The notes under the pieces are model-generated. The model was not told where the DNA came from, ran no database searches, and was given only the letters and a program-made list of their open reading frames with translations. The translations under genes were made by a program, and so were the position numbers. From assembly GCA_973895155.1 (NCBI GenBank), contig OZ316896.1:18154754-18218753 (forward strand): a DNA stretch of 64,000 nucleotides, in the 5' to 3' direction. This document shows, one piece after another, positions 63,795 through 64,000 of this stretch (the stretch's first letter is position 1; the number at the start of each line of letters is the position of its first letter). Origin of the DNA: Marsupella aquatica. Taxonomy: Eukaryota; Plantae; Marchantiophyta.

Positions 63795-64000
63795 TTTCAT
63801 GATAGCTCAATACCATGGACTAGATCATGATACTCAATACCATGCAGATGCATAAAGGATGTGGCTATAGCTCAATATCATGTAGATGCATAAAAGATGT
63901 CATTTGCAGAAAGCATGACTGTTCCACGAAAGATATTCTTTGCGCAAAAGATGTCATTTGCACAAAATATGCTCTTCCACAAAAAACAAGCTTGTGTGAT
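63795..64000. repeat. Degenerate short repeats (CTCAATACCATG; GATGTCATTTGCA) at the window end
   Basis: Motifs recur 2-3 times each. Confidence 0.55.

Overview
Eukaryotic nuclear DNA from a land plant, most likely a bryophyte-type lineage (inferred from intron-rich genes, a PLS-DYW PPR editing factor and a plastid rpoC2 fragment). Five host genes: a tRNA-binding (EMAP II/Trbp111-type) domain protein (-), a DYW PPR protein (-), nicastrin (+), a TLC-domain membrane protein (+) and GINS subunit PSF3 (+), separated by repeat-rich intergenic DNA. The standout is a 16.7-kb degenerate Ty3/Gypsy-type retrotransposon (40539-57283). (i) Its polyprotein reads Gag-protease-DNMT3-like cytosine methyltransferase-RT-RNaseH-DDE integrase-PHD finger. 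(ii) Instead of two LTRs it has split direct repeats A1-internal-B1-gc-A2-B2, the layout of tyrosine-recombinase PAT/Ngaro elements, yet it has a DDE integrase, TG...CA ends and a 4-bp target duplication. (iii) Its two ends also occur fused internally as the palindrome GACA-GC-TGTC. (iv) It has a Tf1-like self-priming site rather than a tRNA primer site. Together these suggest a Gypsy element that integrates by cutting a 2-LTR circle at an att site inside the LTR. A younger Copia element (47586-54495) is nested in its pol gene. All alignments and counts were done by eye; no database searches were run.
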